From: Chloroflexi bacterium HGW-Chloroflexi-6
GTDB taxonomy: Bacteria > Chloroflexota > Anaerolineae > Anaerolineales > Villigracilaceae
Reading direction: 5' to 3'
NCBI GenBank assembly: GCA_002840685.1
Contig: PHBU01000020.1
Span: forward strand, 471-64,470
Length of the DNA: 64,000 nucleotides
Shown: positions 1 to 9,716 of the stretch, piece after piece
Numbering within the stretch: position 1 is the first letter of the stretch
Layout of the letters: every line of letters starts with the position of its first letter
Program-made: the position numbers and the translations under genes
The notes under the pieces: model-generated
What the model was told of the DNA's origin: nothing
Databases searched by the model: none
Seen by the model: the letters and a program-made list of their open reading frames with translations, nothing else

Positions 1-130
1 CCTTAAGATTAGATCCCTCATGGAGTTAATCCAGTAAGAACGCAGGTAGACTACCTGCTATATAGGCGGCGTGTGTAATCGCAGTAATGTGTTTAGCTAA
101 GCCGTACTAATGTTCGAGGGCTTCTCGTGT
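1..130 (+). rRNA. rrl: 23S rRNA, 3'-terminal fragment (gene begins upstream of the window)
   Basis: The stretch ataggcggcgtgtgtaatcgcagtaatgtgtttagctaagccgtactaatg parallels the conserved bacterial 23S 3' end (E. coli GATAGGCCGGGTGTGTAAGCGCAGCGATGCGTTGAGCTAACCGGTACTAATG). The 3' boundary is approximate. Confidence 0.8.
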
Positions 131-213
131 GGTACGGAGAACTTGATACTTTTTCGATAAAATTCATTCATCATTTGCTGTTCAGGACTAACTAACTTAA
201 GTGAATTAGTCTT

Positions 214-332
214 TTGGTGATTAGAGCGACGAGGGTCCACCCGGTCCCATCCCGAACCCGGAAGTTAAGCTCGTCAGCGCCGATGGTACTTGGGGGGCAG
301 CCCCCTGGGAGAGTAGGTCATCGCCAACAGGC
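214..332 (+). rRNA. rrf: 5S rRNA
   Basis: Contains the conserved 5S motifs CCCGGTCCCATCCCGAACCCGGAAGTTAAGC and CCTGGGAGAGTAGGTC. Terminal helix I pairs TTGGTGAT (214-221) with ATCGCCAA (320-327). It lies about 85 nt after the 23S end. Confidence 0.92.
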
Positions 333-335
333 TTT
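323..335. other. attL core (GCCAACAGGCTTT) at the 5S 3' end
   Basis: The identical 13-mer recurs at 46410, 48171, 49344, 50320, 51835 and 52491. Sequence to its right (ACACAATCTCCC, 336-347) is the inverted copy of the half-site found left of those copies. Confidence 0.7.
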
Positions 336-370
336 ACACAATCTCCCACTGTAAGGTGGCAGATTGCAGA

Positions 371-402
371 AGGGCAACCCTTGTGGTTGCCCTTTTCTAT
401 TT
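371..402 (+). terminator. Intrinsic terminator supplied by the prophage arm, replacing the rRNA operon terminator
   Basis: A 9-bp stem AGGGCAACC/GGTTGCCCT with a 5-nt loop is followed by TTTTCTATTT, 40 nt after the 5S end. Confidence 0.7.
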
Positions 403-404
403 AA

Positions 405-1925
405 CTATTCTTTGAAGTTTATGTGGACTATCTTATCGCCATCTACAATGAAGGTTGCCAGCAAGACTCTCAGGGCGCTATTTACAGCTATGGGATCTTC
501 ATTTGTGATCCACTCTGATATCCCCCCTACCAGGCGTTCAAATTTCATAAGCGTTTCTTTCCGCTCAGCTGATCGAGCGGTTTTTTGTTTTAAGTCTTCG
601 ATTTCTTGTTCAACTTTACCGATTTGGGTATCCAGCTCGCGCCGACGAACCATGTATTCATCTTTGGTCAGGCCACCGCTTTCAAAAATATCTACTATTC
701 GACTGCGACGTTTGAGCAGTTCTTTGAGCGATTCTTCTTCCAGGGTATTGCTTGGCTTGTCGGCATTGGTTGTTTTGCGGGGATCGTTGATCCTGGTAAT
801 TTCATCTTGTAGGTAGAGCCCAGCCTGTTCAATGGCAAGCGAATGCAGAATGTTTGCGGCACCACATCCGGGCTTGGAGCAGCGCCAGATGGCGCGATCT
901 GGTTCAGAGCGTGGGCCATTGTGCTGCATCCAAAGTGGAGATCCACACTTGGCGCAGATCAATAAACGCGAGAGCTGGCTGGCCGATTTGCCGCGGTAGG
1001 CGTTGCCGCGTTCATCCAGATCACGGATGATGCGTTGATGTGTTTCTTCATCCCAAAGTGGGATGTGATAGCCACGTTCAACGATAACATTATCTGGATT
1101 TACATGCCGGTTGCGGATACTCTTGCCGGTGCGGGGGTCAGTGAAGTTCTTGCTCATTCCCCAGCGGTTGTAACCCGCGTAGAACGGGTTTCTTAGTATG
1201 TCTCTGATGGTTTGGGATGACCAGGCTTTGCCCTTGGGCGATTTGATGCCGGTCCCATTGGCAAAATCAACTAGTTGGCGCAGGCTGCGGCCTTGCAACA
1301 GTAGATCTTTGAATTTTGTGACGATCAGGGATGTGACCTTGTCTTGCACCGGGATAGCGCTACTGTCTTTTTCTTTGCCAGGCGGCTTGCGATATCCAAA
1401 GGGGATGGAGATGGCTGGCAGGCCACGGTTTTGAACGCGGGCGGGCATGCCGATTTCATATTTTCGGCGCAGATCGTACACCTGTGCGCGGCTGATGATC
1501 GATGAGAGATATTGCATCATCCAGGCCGAATCGGCGCGGTAGATGTTGAATGTTTCTGGGGTTTGGGGCTCGACCTGCTGGGTGACTGAATAGATTTGGA
1601 CTTTATAGGCAGCCAGGGTACGCGCGACCGGGTCGAGCAATTCGCGCATGCGATTGTAGTCATACATAACCAAAACATCGAAGCGATCGCGCTCGGCATC
1701 GAAGAGCATCTGGCGCAGCTCGGGAATGGCATCTTCGGCATCCCGCAGGTTGATATAGGCAGTGCGCGTTTCGCCGGGAACGATATAAGGCAGGCTGGTT
1801 TCCTGCCAGCCCTTGGCGTTTGCGACCGATCGGCAGCGCGCTTCTTGATCTGGCAGCGAGATCTTATCGTCTCCGGCCTGGCGTTCACTTGATACGGCGC
1901 ACCAGATTGCATAGCGGATGGACAT
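405..1925 (-). CDS. Large serine recombinase (phage integrase type)
   Basis: The N-terminus YAIWCAVSSERQ is a resolvase catalytic-serine motif. A recombinase domain follows, then the zinc ribbon CAKCGSPLW...WRCSKPGC and a C-terminal coiled coil. The gene ends 70 nt from the att core. Confidence 0.85.
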   Translation of the reverse strand: MSIRYAIWCAVSSERQAGDDKISLPDQEARCRSVANAKGWQETSLPYIVPGETRTAYINLRDAEDAIPELRQMLFDAERDRFDVLVMYDYNRMRELLDPVARTLAAYKVQIYSVTQQVEPQTPETFNIYRADSAWMMQYLSSIISRAQVYDLRRKYEIGMPARVQNRGLPAISIPFGYRKPPGKEKDSSAIPVQDKVTSLIVTKFKDLLLQGRSLRQLVDFANGTGIKSPKGKAWSSQTIRDILRNPFYAGYNRWGMSKNFTDPRTGKSIRNRHVNPDNVIVERGYHIPLWDEETHQRIIRDLDERGNAYRGKSASQLSRLLICAKCGSPLWMQHNGPRSEPDRAIWRCSKPGCGAANILHSLAIEQAGLYLQDEITRINDPRKTTNADKPSNTLEEESLKELLKRRSRIVDIFESGGLTKDEYMVRRRELDTQIGKVEQEIEDLKQKTARSAERKETLMKFERLVGGISEWITNEDPIAVNSALRVLLATFIVDGDKIVHINFKE

Positions 1926-2173
1926 AATTTATATCAAAGTAAGAAGATGGGATAAAAGTAAAAATAGTGAAACAACAAGCGCACCAATGTAGGCAAAAAG
2001 CAGAATTGCTTTTCCCTGTTTGTGCCATTGACTAGCAGGCTGATTTTTCAGAAATAAATGGTGATCATTTTGCTCTCCAAATTGAGCATAAACAATCGTT
2101 TTAGTTCATGCCGTTAGCATTACTTAATCAAATTGGCCGTTAATCATTTTTCCGAAAGCACATTTCTCATATG

Positions 2174-5128
2174 TTATAAACTCTGTTCAAAAATTCTTCT
2201 TGGACTGTCATACCAGAAATCTCGGTATTCAGCAGAAACTTGATTTCTGTCGTCAGTGTAAAGAGTCAGAGCAACTTGAACACTTTGTTTGCCGTGCTTA
2301 AAGATTTTTCGTTTTCCATTTTCAAGAAACAGATCTTTGTAACCTTCGACTTTGTAAGTCCAGCCGATGTCGCGGACGCCTTTGGGATCAACGAACAGGA
2401 TCGTGTATTTTGCATCGTTCGCCAGCCAAAAGATGAAGTCAGGATGGAAATCGCGCATTTTGTTTTGGGTTGGATCGTAATAGGGAATGGAAATTTTGTC
2501 GAGCGTTTCTTCGGCGCGGCTGAACATCCACCAATCATATTGTTTCAAATGATTATCTGGTTCTTTCAGATAGGCTTCTAGTTGATTAACAAAACGTATT
2601 TCGCTTGGTGTCTTGATAATGCGCGAGATGTAATCAATTCGGTCGTCATCTGACAAGAGCAGGGGCAGGTAGTAATGGCTGGTAATATTTTTGATGTGCA
2701 AACGATGACCGTTATGCTCGAAGGTTTCTTCTGGCTCGGTGCGAGCCAAGCCTTTTACAGCCAGTGTATATTGGTCAATATCCAACTTGCCGTCACGTAG
2801 TTGTTGTTTGAGTTGCGCTTCTTGCGCATCGGGATCTTTATAAAGCCGTACCGCGTCAATTTTCTTTTGCAATTCCTTAACATCCTTCAACAATACGCGG
2901 ATATGTTTGAAGTGATTGATTTCATCTTCGAGAATCTTGAAGCCTTCCACTTCATGCGGGATGATATCGAAGTATTGATTCAGGCGGGGTAACAGAATTT
3001 CGATATCGCCATATTTGCGAGTTGTATTCGGGTTGAAAAAATTATCAGGTGCAGTGAGCGCTTGTTCAAGCAAGCCGATTTGTTGCGGAGTCATACCATG
3101 CCGTGCAAGGAGCAAGCGTTCGTCTCCCAGATAATCAATGTAGTTTTTGAGCAGTTGGCTTTCTGTCGATTGAATTTCAAACTTGCGTGGTTCATGTTGT
3201 TCCACCAACAAGTGACCATTAAGTTGGCGGTAGATCGGAATTAAGACAGGATAAATTGAAAGCGCAGATGTGTTTACATCTAATACAAGTTCAATGCCTT
3301 CCTGTTTTTCCTTCTCATCTACAAGCCCCTTGAAGATGGTATCTAGCGCTTCGCGTTTTGTGCCAAAAATAAAAAGAGATTGCACAGCGGAAAGAAACGG
3401 CTTGGCCTGTTGAAAAAGTAGATCAGCCACTTCTTTGGTATTGTGAAGACTCTCCAATCGTTTGCGCTTGCCTTTCATCGGCTCGATGCGGACACCGCGC
3501 CCTACTGATTGCAAAACAAATTTTCGGGCTTCTGCACCTGTACCGATGTTGATAAAGGTGATGACGTTGGGGCGGTTGGAGTCCCAACCTTCGTAGAAGC
3601 TGCGCGAACCCATTAACAGGTTGATTTCGCTGTCATCTTCATTCAGGTGGGAGAAGAAACTTTCATCTTCGAAGCCTTTGACAATTTCATAACCTGCCAA
3701 AAAATCCTTAAGCCATTCAGTGTTTTGACCGATTTTGATGAGCGCAAACGGCGCGGCGGATGTTTTGAGCTTGAAGGCGAGTTCCTTGTCATTGGAAGGT
3801 CGTACCAATACTTCAATATCACCCTTGCTTTCGGCGTTGAAGATGTGTTTATAAAGATCGTTGAGAGTAAGGCTGTTTAGAAGGGATTGATCGAGCGCAA
3901 AGTTTATGCCTTCATACAACCATTCGGGTTCAGATTCAAGTTCGGCTTTGAGCGCAGACCTGGCGGCGGTAAAAGCCTGTGATGAAATTTCGCCTTTGCC
4001 AATACGTTCCAATTCGCGGAAAAAGAGTTTGAGGTCTGCTTCTTCGGTGTTAACACTGTTCACAAGCGCAAGCAGTAATGGGCGATGAAAAAGAAGCGTG
4101 CTGGTTGCGTTGCATAACTGTTCGCGTGATTTCGCAATGTAAGCCAAAGTCAAAAGAGATTGAAGCACAATTCTTTGCTTTTCTTCGTTGGAAAAATCTT
4201 CCTTATCTTTGAAGGCGCGGTTTTCTTGTTTGAGCAGGCTGATATGTTTACCGTAGCCCTTTTCGATGAAGCTGGCAAGATTGAATTCAGCGGCAGTGGT
4301 TTTGATGTCGCGCTGGTCGGTGAAGGTAGCGGAGAAATTGAATAGGAAACCGTTGCGGCTTAGGATGTTGTAAATGTGCTGGCGTTTGGAGTCGTCTTTA
4401 TCACCTTTGTGTGCTTCATCTAGCAGGAGATACCATTTGCCGTTGTTTTCGTAATTGTGGAAATCAATAATGCGTTCTTTTTGTTCATCGCTGATATTAT
4501 CGGAGCGATAATAGAAAACGGTCAATTCCTGTGAGCCAAACATTCGATTGGCGCTGCGTTTGATTTCGGGATATTCTTTTAATTCGCGCAGATGAATATG
4601 CGGCGCTTTACAAGATACATTAAAATCATTGACGTGGTCGCGTAACTGCTGGATGAGATCTTCACGATGGGTGAGCACCATCACGTCGTGTGCGGGGATT
4701 TCACCGCGTTGAATGAGCGTATAAAGTATTTCGAGCATTTTGACAATGACGAGGGTCTTCCCCGAACCTGTTGCCATCCAAAAGCCCATGCGGTTGATGA
4801 AGTGATGATATGAAATTTTAGAATCGGTAATTGAGTAAAAAGAAGCAAGCATGGAATTATTATCGCGCTTTTTGCCGAGGCTGAAGTCTGAGTCTAATTC
4901 AATGTCATTGTCTGTATACCATTGAAAAAAACTGGATTTATTTGCCCCCAAGTCTTTATAGTATTTGTGCAAGGCCTTAAGCGCATTTTGTAAAGCAAGC
5001 TGTTGATAATCCCACAGGGATTTGGCGCGCGAGAAGGATGCAAGGTCGAAGGTTGTCCAGGCGGGCGGGAGGTTTTCAAACGAAATGTCGTTGAGTAGGT
5101 TATGAAGGTTTGCCACAATTACCACCAA
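2174..5128 (-). CDS. res: Type III restriction enzyme Res subunit (SF2 helicase plus PD-(D/E)xK nuclease)
   Basis: Walker A ATGSGKT, DEAH box LLLDEAHKG, FSATF, motif VI QSVGRGVRI, and C-terminal HPDF...FVDPKG. It overlaps the upstream mod gene by 10 nt. Confidence 0.8.
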   Translation of the reverse strand: MVVIVANLHNLLNDISFENLPPAWTTFDLASFSRAKSLWDYQQLALQNALKALHKYYKDLGANKSSFFQWYTDNDIELDSDFSLGKKRDNNSMLASFYSITDSKISYHHFINRMGFWMATGSGKTLVIVKMLEILYTLIQRGEIPAHDVMVLTHREDLIQQLRDHVNDFNVSCKAPHIHLRELKEYPEIKRSANRMFGSQELTVFYYRSDNISDEQKERIIDFHNYENNGKWYLLLDEAHKGDKDDSKRQHIYNILSRNGFLFNFSATFTDQRDIKTTAAEFNLASFIEKGYGKHISLLKQENRAFKDKEDFSNEEKQRIVLQSLLTLAYIAKSREQLCNATSTLLFHRPLLLALVNSVNTEEADLKLFFRELERIGKGEISSQAFTAARSALKAELESEPEWLYEGINFALDQSLLNSLTLNDLYKHIFNAESKGDIEVLVRPSNDKELAFKLKTSAAPFALIKIGQNTEWLKDFLAGYEIVKGFEDESFFSHLNEDDSEINLLMGSRSFYEGWDSNRPNVITFINIGTGAEARKFVLQSVGRGVRIEPMKGKRKRLESLHNTKEVADLLFQQAKPFLSAVQSLFIFGTKREALDTIFKGLVDEKEKQEGIELVLDVNTSALSIYPVLIPIYRQLNGHLLVEQHEPRKFEIQSTESQLLKNYIDYLGDERLLLARHGMTPQQIGLLEQALTAPDNFFNPNTTRKYGDIEILLPRLNQYFDIIPHEVEGFKILEDEINHFKHIRVLLKDVKELQKKIDAVRLYKDPDAQEAQLKQQLRDGKLDIDQYTLAVKGLARTEPEETFEHNGHRLHIKNITSHYYLPLLLSDDDRIDYISRIIKTPSEIRFVNQLEAYLKEPDNHLKQYDWWMFSRAEETLDKISIPYYDPTQNKMRDFHPDFIFWLANDAKYTILFVDPKGVRDIGWTYKVEGYKDLFLENGKRKIFKHGKQSVQVALTLYTDDRNQVSAEYRDFWYDSPRRIFEQSL

Positions 5129-7713
5129 ATCAACGACTTAACATCATCCCAATCAGGCGCAGATAAATTAGCGGATGTGCCATCTTGAAATTCAACGGTA
5201 TCTTTCGTTATGCGCCTGATCCATTTGCCCGTGAGATAGGATAGCGTTTCGGCAAGATCTATGCCGTCATACAGTTTTTCAAGATTTACTTCCACGTTGT
5301 TATCATTTTTGTCCACCCGCACAGCTTCGAGCATTTTCAAATCGCGCAAAAAGGCGTAACTGGTATAAGCGTCCTGCGTGCCTGCAAAGAGAGGAGCATC
5401 TTCATAGCGCGCCTTTTTTAATGCGTCCTCGTATTGTTCTAACTCAAAGTATTTGGCAAAGTGACTGATGCCTTTGCCTTCTTGTGCAATTCCAGCTTTC
5501 CAGTTATCACTAAATACTACTTTCTTGATACGCGGCAAAATAGCATTGATAAATTGTTCGCCAATTTCTACAAGAATATATTTTCGCTTTCCACCATCGT
5601 CTCGATTAAGGTTAATACTTGCGTGAGCAGTTGTTCCAGAACCTGCAAAAAAATCGAGAATAATATCGTTAACTTCTGGTGCAGCTGATCTCAAGATGTA
5701 TTCATAAAATTCAATACTGTGAGCAAACGGAAAAGCAATACCCAGCTCATCCAAACCTTGCTTTCCTCTTGCGCCACTTCTATACATACTTGGTAACTGA
5801 CTGGTTTCACTTTCATCTAGGTATGTTTTCTTTCGCGGCATTGTGGTGTGATCTTCACCAAATAATATTTTTTGTTCTGCCAATAGATCATCCATTGAGT
5901 TAGGAGAATATCGCCACCCGTACTCAGGAACAGGACAAGGCATGTGGGTAGCAGGGTGTATTAATGGTCTGTAAAATTTTTCGTCTGTTCTTTTATCGGT
6001 GGCCGACATATTGTCTGAACGGTAAATTCTGCCAGTGTCCTCAAACGAATCGAATGTCTTTTCGGCGGGAGATAAGTCGTTGTTATTTCTAAGCCACGAA
6101 CGATAATCTTTAATGGTTTGAAGAATTGCCCCATCATTTTTTTTGAGCAACTTGCTTACTTGTGCCTGAATTAATTCGAGATTTCTTTTCTTTACTCGAA
6201 TCTTTATATTATCGATTGTTTTCCAGATTACATATTCATGTTGTGTGGCTAAGCCATAGGCGCCTGTAACTGGTTGTCCTTTGTCCCAAACCATTGTGCC
6301 TGCATTTTGAAAACCAACCATGTCCAAAAGAATATTTAGACGTTCAAATTCATATTCATCAATATGGCAGGTAAAAATACCGTTTTTTGCAAGGATAGAT
6401 TTACTCAAGACAATCCTGTCATTCATCATTGATAGCCAACTTGAATGACCGTAATTGTTTTCGTACAAAAAACCGCTGCTTTTAGTGTTGTACGGAGGGT
6501 CAATATGAATGCAATTTGCTTTACCAAGAAATTTTGGCAAAATTGTGTTGAGCGCCTGGTAATTTTCACTGTGAATTAGCCAGCCATCCAAGGCAGAATC
6601 TAAATCATCAAACAACGCCAGAATATCGAGTTCAAGATCTTTGAAGTATTTCGTATCCAGCGGCAAATATCTGTATTGGGGGTTTGTAGGTTCATTAAGG
6701 AGATTCTTTTCCAAAACAAAATCAAGGTTGAATTTCTTGTCCACCATGCCGAGTTCCTGCCATTCAGCAATCTGGTTTATCATGCCTTTGTGTTTGAAAA
6801 TCTCCTTGAGTAGGGCTTCGTCTGTGATTTTATCCAGCGTGATGATGTAATTGCTGTTCAATACAAATTTTGGCTTGTTCCAAATTTTTACCAATTCTTC
6901 TTCAAACTGCGCAATAAAGTCAATAATTTTGGTTGCAATGCTTTTCATGGCTTGCAATTGTTTCAAGCGCAATTCGTTGAACTCGCTTTCGCCTTTGAAA
7001 ATATATTGATACAGCCACAGGTCGAATTGCTCATCTAAAAATGCTTTAGCGTTCTTGTTGATGAAATAATCCACTTCGGATTGTTTTTGGAATACAGCAA
7101 AGGCTTTTTCAAGCATCTCTTCGTCGAGCATCATGCCGTTGTCTTTTGCGGCTTGTACGATCTCGTCAATTTTGGTTTTGCGACCCTTTTCAGAATAGCT
7201 AACGGTTAAAGTGATGATGCCGTTTTTGATAGATTTGAAGGTGTATGTCAGCTCGCGCTTTTCATTCGAGCGTTTGAGTTCCATGCCTGAATTATCGAAG
7301 AAGAATTTCCGCTTTGCTGGGCTGTCAATTTCAATTTCCATGCTGTTGAAGAGTCTGTCCGTTTTTACATAATACAGCATGTGCGTTTTCCAGAACAACA
7401 TCACATCGTGATCATCGGTGTAAACTTTCTCATAAATGTTGTGGTGTTGTGCTGTGTTACGGAAGTAAATGCTTCCGCTTTCACTGAAATAGTGCTGAAA
7501 GAAATCGTAGAGTTTATCGAATAACTCTTCGCGGAAATCTTTTTCGAAAGGCTTGCAGATTAAGTCAATATCTTTCATTAAAAAAGGAAAAACGCCTTTT
7601 TCAAAGTAATTAGCTTTGATCTTCATCAGGTTGATATAGCCTGATTCGCCTTCTACTTTTGCGCCGATGAAGATGGATTTGAGTGCATCAAGAAATTGTT
7701 GCTCGTGGGCCAT
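5119..7713 (-). CDS. mod: Type III-like N6-adenine DNA methyltransferase (Mod) with a long N-terminal extension
   Basis: Motif IV IHIDPPYNT precedes motif I DFFAGSGTTAHA (beta-class order). It is translationally coupled to res. About 380 aa at the N-terminus have unknown function. Confidence 0.8.
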   Translation of the reverse strand: MAHEQQFLDALKSIFIGAKVEGESGYINLMKIKANYFEKGVFPFLMKDIDLICKPFEKDFREELFDKLYDFFQHYFSESGSIYFRNTAQHHNIYEKVYTDDHDVMLFWKTHMLYYVKTDRLFNSMEIEIDSPAKRKFFFDNSGMELKRSNEKRELTYTFKSIKNGIITLTVSYSEKGRKTKIDEIVQAAKDNGMMLDEEMLEKAFAVFQKQSEVDYFINKNAKAFLDEQFDLWLYQYIFKGESEFNELRLKQLQAMKSIATKIIDFIAQFEEELVKIWNKPKFVLNSNYIITLDKITDEALLKEIFKHKGMINQIAEWQELGMVDKKFNLDFVLEKNLLNEPTNPQYRYLPLDTKYFKDLELDILALFDDLDSALDGWLIHSENYQALNTILPKFLGKANCIHIDPPYNTKSSGFLYENNYGHSSWLSMMNDRIVLSKSILAKNGIFTCHIDEYEFERLNILLDMVGFQNAGTMVWDKGQPVTGAYGLATQHEYVIWKTIDNIKIRVKKRNLELIQAQVSKLLKKNDGAILQTIKDYRSWLRNNNDLSPAEKTFDSFEDTGRIYRSDNMSATDKRTDEKFYRPLIHPATHMPCPVPEYGWRYSPNSMDDLLAEQKILFGEDHTTMPRKKTYLDESETSQLPSMYRSGARGKQGLDELGIAFPFAHSIEFYEYILRSAAPEVNDIILDFFAGSGTTAHASINLNRDDGGKRKYILVEIGEQFINAILPRIKKVVFSDNWKAGIAQEGKGISHFAKYFELEQYEDALKKARYEDAPLFAGTQDAYTSYAFLRDLKMLEAVRVDKNDNNVEVNLEKLYDGIDLAETLSYLTGKWIRRITKDTVEFQDGTSANLSAPDWDDVKSLIWW

Positions 7714-7877
7714 GAAAGATTCCTATTAGGATAGAACTGTAATTACAACGTGAAGTAGTGAATAAGTTGACTGATTATAAAGCCATTAGGTTCGAAGGAT
7801 TAAGCCTAAGGGCGCTTTTGTCATACACTCCCTTACACAACTAAGATTATTTTCTATTTACTAAAGGTAGTTCTGGC

Positions 7878-9482
7878 CTAAACTTTAAACCTGTTTTGAG
7901 CGCGCGGTGTTGGCACGCTTGAAGTTTGTGGGTTTAGCCTTTTTACAATTTCAGCTAACATTTCGGTATAAGACAATTTCTTTTTGCCTGAGTCAGTCTT
8001 TACGTGGACTTCACCCTTGCCTGTCGCATATAAAATATTTGAGTTAGGGGCATGAGGAACAATTAATTCCACAACATATAAATCGGGAATGGCTTCCTTT
8101 TTTTCGTACACGTGGTGTAATTCAATGCGCCAAGATGATGGGGCTATTACTGGTTGAATTTGCCGTAATTTCATATCTATTGCTTTTACGACATCATCTC
8201 GTTGACGATAATCGAGCGAAACCCCAACCACAACTCCGTCAGCATTTCTAACACCCCAAAATATTCTACCGCCTTCACTATTCAAAAATGCAACTGCATA
8301 TTCATCGCTTGCATTTTCTATGACACTGACTGGATTGTTTCCTTTAACTTCTTTAAATTCATAGTGGCGTGTTTCCTCGATTTTCGCCTTTTCGTTCAAT
8401 AAAAACTGTCCAATGGGACGGCGAAGTATATTTACGAAAATTTTAGATTTCGAATCATGTATTATGTCAAAACTGTTTAAATCATGTTCGTGACCCACCA
8501 TATAATGTTCTGAAGGTTTTGCCCCTATTTTTTCCAACCGATTTTGAGTTATTTCCAACGCCAATGGATTTGTATCACTACATATCCATTGTCTACCTAG
8601 CGAATGGGCCGCTACAATCGTAGTACCAGAACCAAAAAACGGGTCAACAATTATGTCACTTTCATTGCTGGCAACTTGAATTACCCTTTCCATTAAGGCC
8701 AGAGATTGTTGTGCTGCATATCCCGTTTTCTCTTTTGAAGATGATAGAGTCAAAGGTGGTAAATCATCCCAATTTGTTCCAATTGGAGCACCAACAAATT
8801 CATCGACATAACTTTTGAGAAGGGGTCTTTTTCCATCTTGGCTGATTTCGATTCGGCCCTCTGAAATTAGGCGTTCCATAGCTTCTTGGGAAAATCTCCA
8901 AGAACGTCCTGGGGGTGGAGTAAAACCTTGCCATGTGTATTGGAAACGAGGGCGATCTACCGGTTGTGTTAAGTCAGTTTTAGCAAAGCGCCCGCGCGAA
9001 TCGACAAATCTAAATCGTTCATCAATTTCATCCTGGCCTAATGGGCGAGTAAGATTATTCCATGTAGACACGGGTGCTTTACGGCAAAAAAGAAGGGTTT
9101 CGTGTTCGTTTGTCGGTTTATAACGATTGGCGAATCGCTTTGGCCTTCTCAAAATGACTTCTGTCAATTCTATTTTTTCAAAAAGTTCCTCGGCAATTAA
9201 CCTTAAGTAACTGTTTATTCTGGGTTCAGTATGTATGACGATATTTCCGAGCTTATCTATAATACGATAGGCTTGGCTAATTATTTTTGCCAACCAGTCT
9301 AAATATTCATCAAAGTCAATTTCGCGTTTTTTGTCAAAACCATCTGGTATTTCTAATGAATCAGCCATGAAAAAAGGTGGGTCAAGATAAACCAACCTGG
9401 CAGAATCACTTTCAAGTCTTTCAAGAAGAAATAGGCTGTCCGCGAGATAAATTGCATTCGGATGAATGTATTGTTGATGCAT
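7878..9482 (-). CDS. DNA methyltransferase (beta-class, DPPF) fused to a C-terminal AlbA_2/Schlafen-like domain
   Basis: Motif IV YLDPPFF and motif I DPFFGSGTTIVAA. The C-terminus ETRHYEFKEV...AVAFLNSEGGRIFWGV matches the hallmark pattern of AlbA_2 (divergent AAA/Schlafen) domains. Confidence 0.7.
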   Translation of the reverse strand: MHQQYIHPNAIYLADSLFLLERLESDSARLVYLDPPFFMADSLEIPDGFDKKREIDFDEYLDWLAKIISQAYRIIDKLGNIVIHTEPRINSYLRLIAEELFEKIELTEVILRRPKRFANRYKPTNEHETLLFCRKAPVSTWNNLTRPLGQDEIDERFRFVDSRGRFAKTDLTQPVDRPRFQYTWQGFTPPPGRSWRFSQEAMERLISEGRIEISQDGKRPLLKSYVDEFVGAPIGTNWDDLPPLTLSSSKEKTGYAAQQSLALMERVIQVASNESDIIVDPFFGSGTTIVAAHSLGRQWICSDTNPLALEITQNRLEKIGAKPSEHYMVGHEHDLNSFDIIHDSKSKIFVNILRRPIGQFLLNEKAKIEETRHYEFKEVKGNNPVSVIENASDEYAVAFLNSEGGRIFWGVRNADGVVVGVSLDYRQRDDVVKAIDMKLRQIQPVIAPSSWRIELHHVYEKKEAIPDLYVVELIVPHAPNSNILYATGKGEVHVKTDSGKKKLSYTEMLAEIVKRLNPQTSSVPTPRAQNRFKV

Positions 9483-9564
9483 AATTATTACCTATATTTG
9501 CATGGGGCGGACTCAGGGTCAGTGTTTCTGGCGCTGGCGCAATCGTGGACTTTGTTAGGTAGCA

Positions 9565-9601
9565 GGAAAAACCGCCTGGCAAAGATTAGTTTGCCAGGCG
9601 C
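9565..9601 (-). terminator. Intrinsic terminator after the 9717-10604 gene
   Basis: Read on the minus strand: CGCCTGGCAAA-ctaatct-TTGCCAGGCG followed by GTTTTT. Confidence 0.6.
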
Positions 9602-9716
9602 TGTTTAAGAATGGCTTCCGCCGGGAGCAGGCCATGATCGGTTTTCTTTTGTGTAACAGTGAAGAGCCAATAGTTCATAGTGATTTATGGGGTTGGATGC
9701 AAGGGATTCGAATCAA

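Noticed and set aside
364-816. 150-aa plus-strand ORF beginning at the terminator after 5S.
   Set aside because: It is antisense to the serine recombinase gene and starts within a terminator hairpin. Its composition is Ser/Leu/Arg-rich shadow-frame composition.
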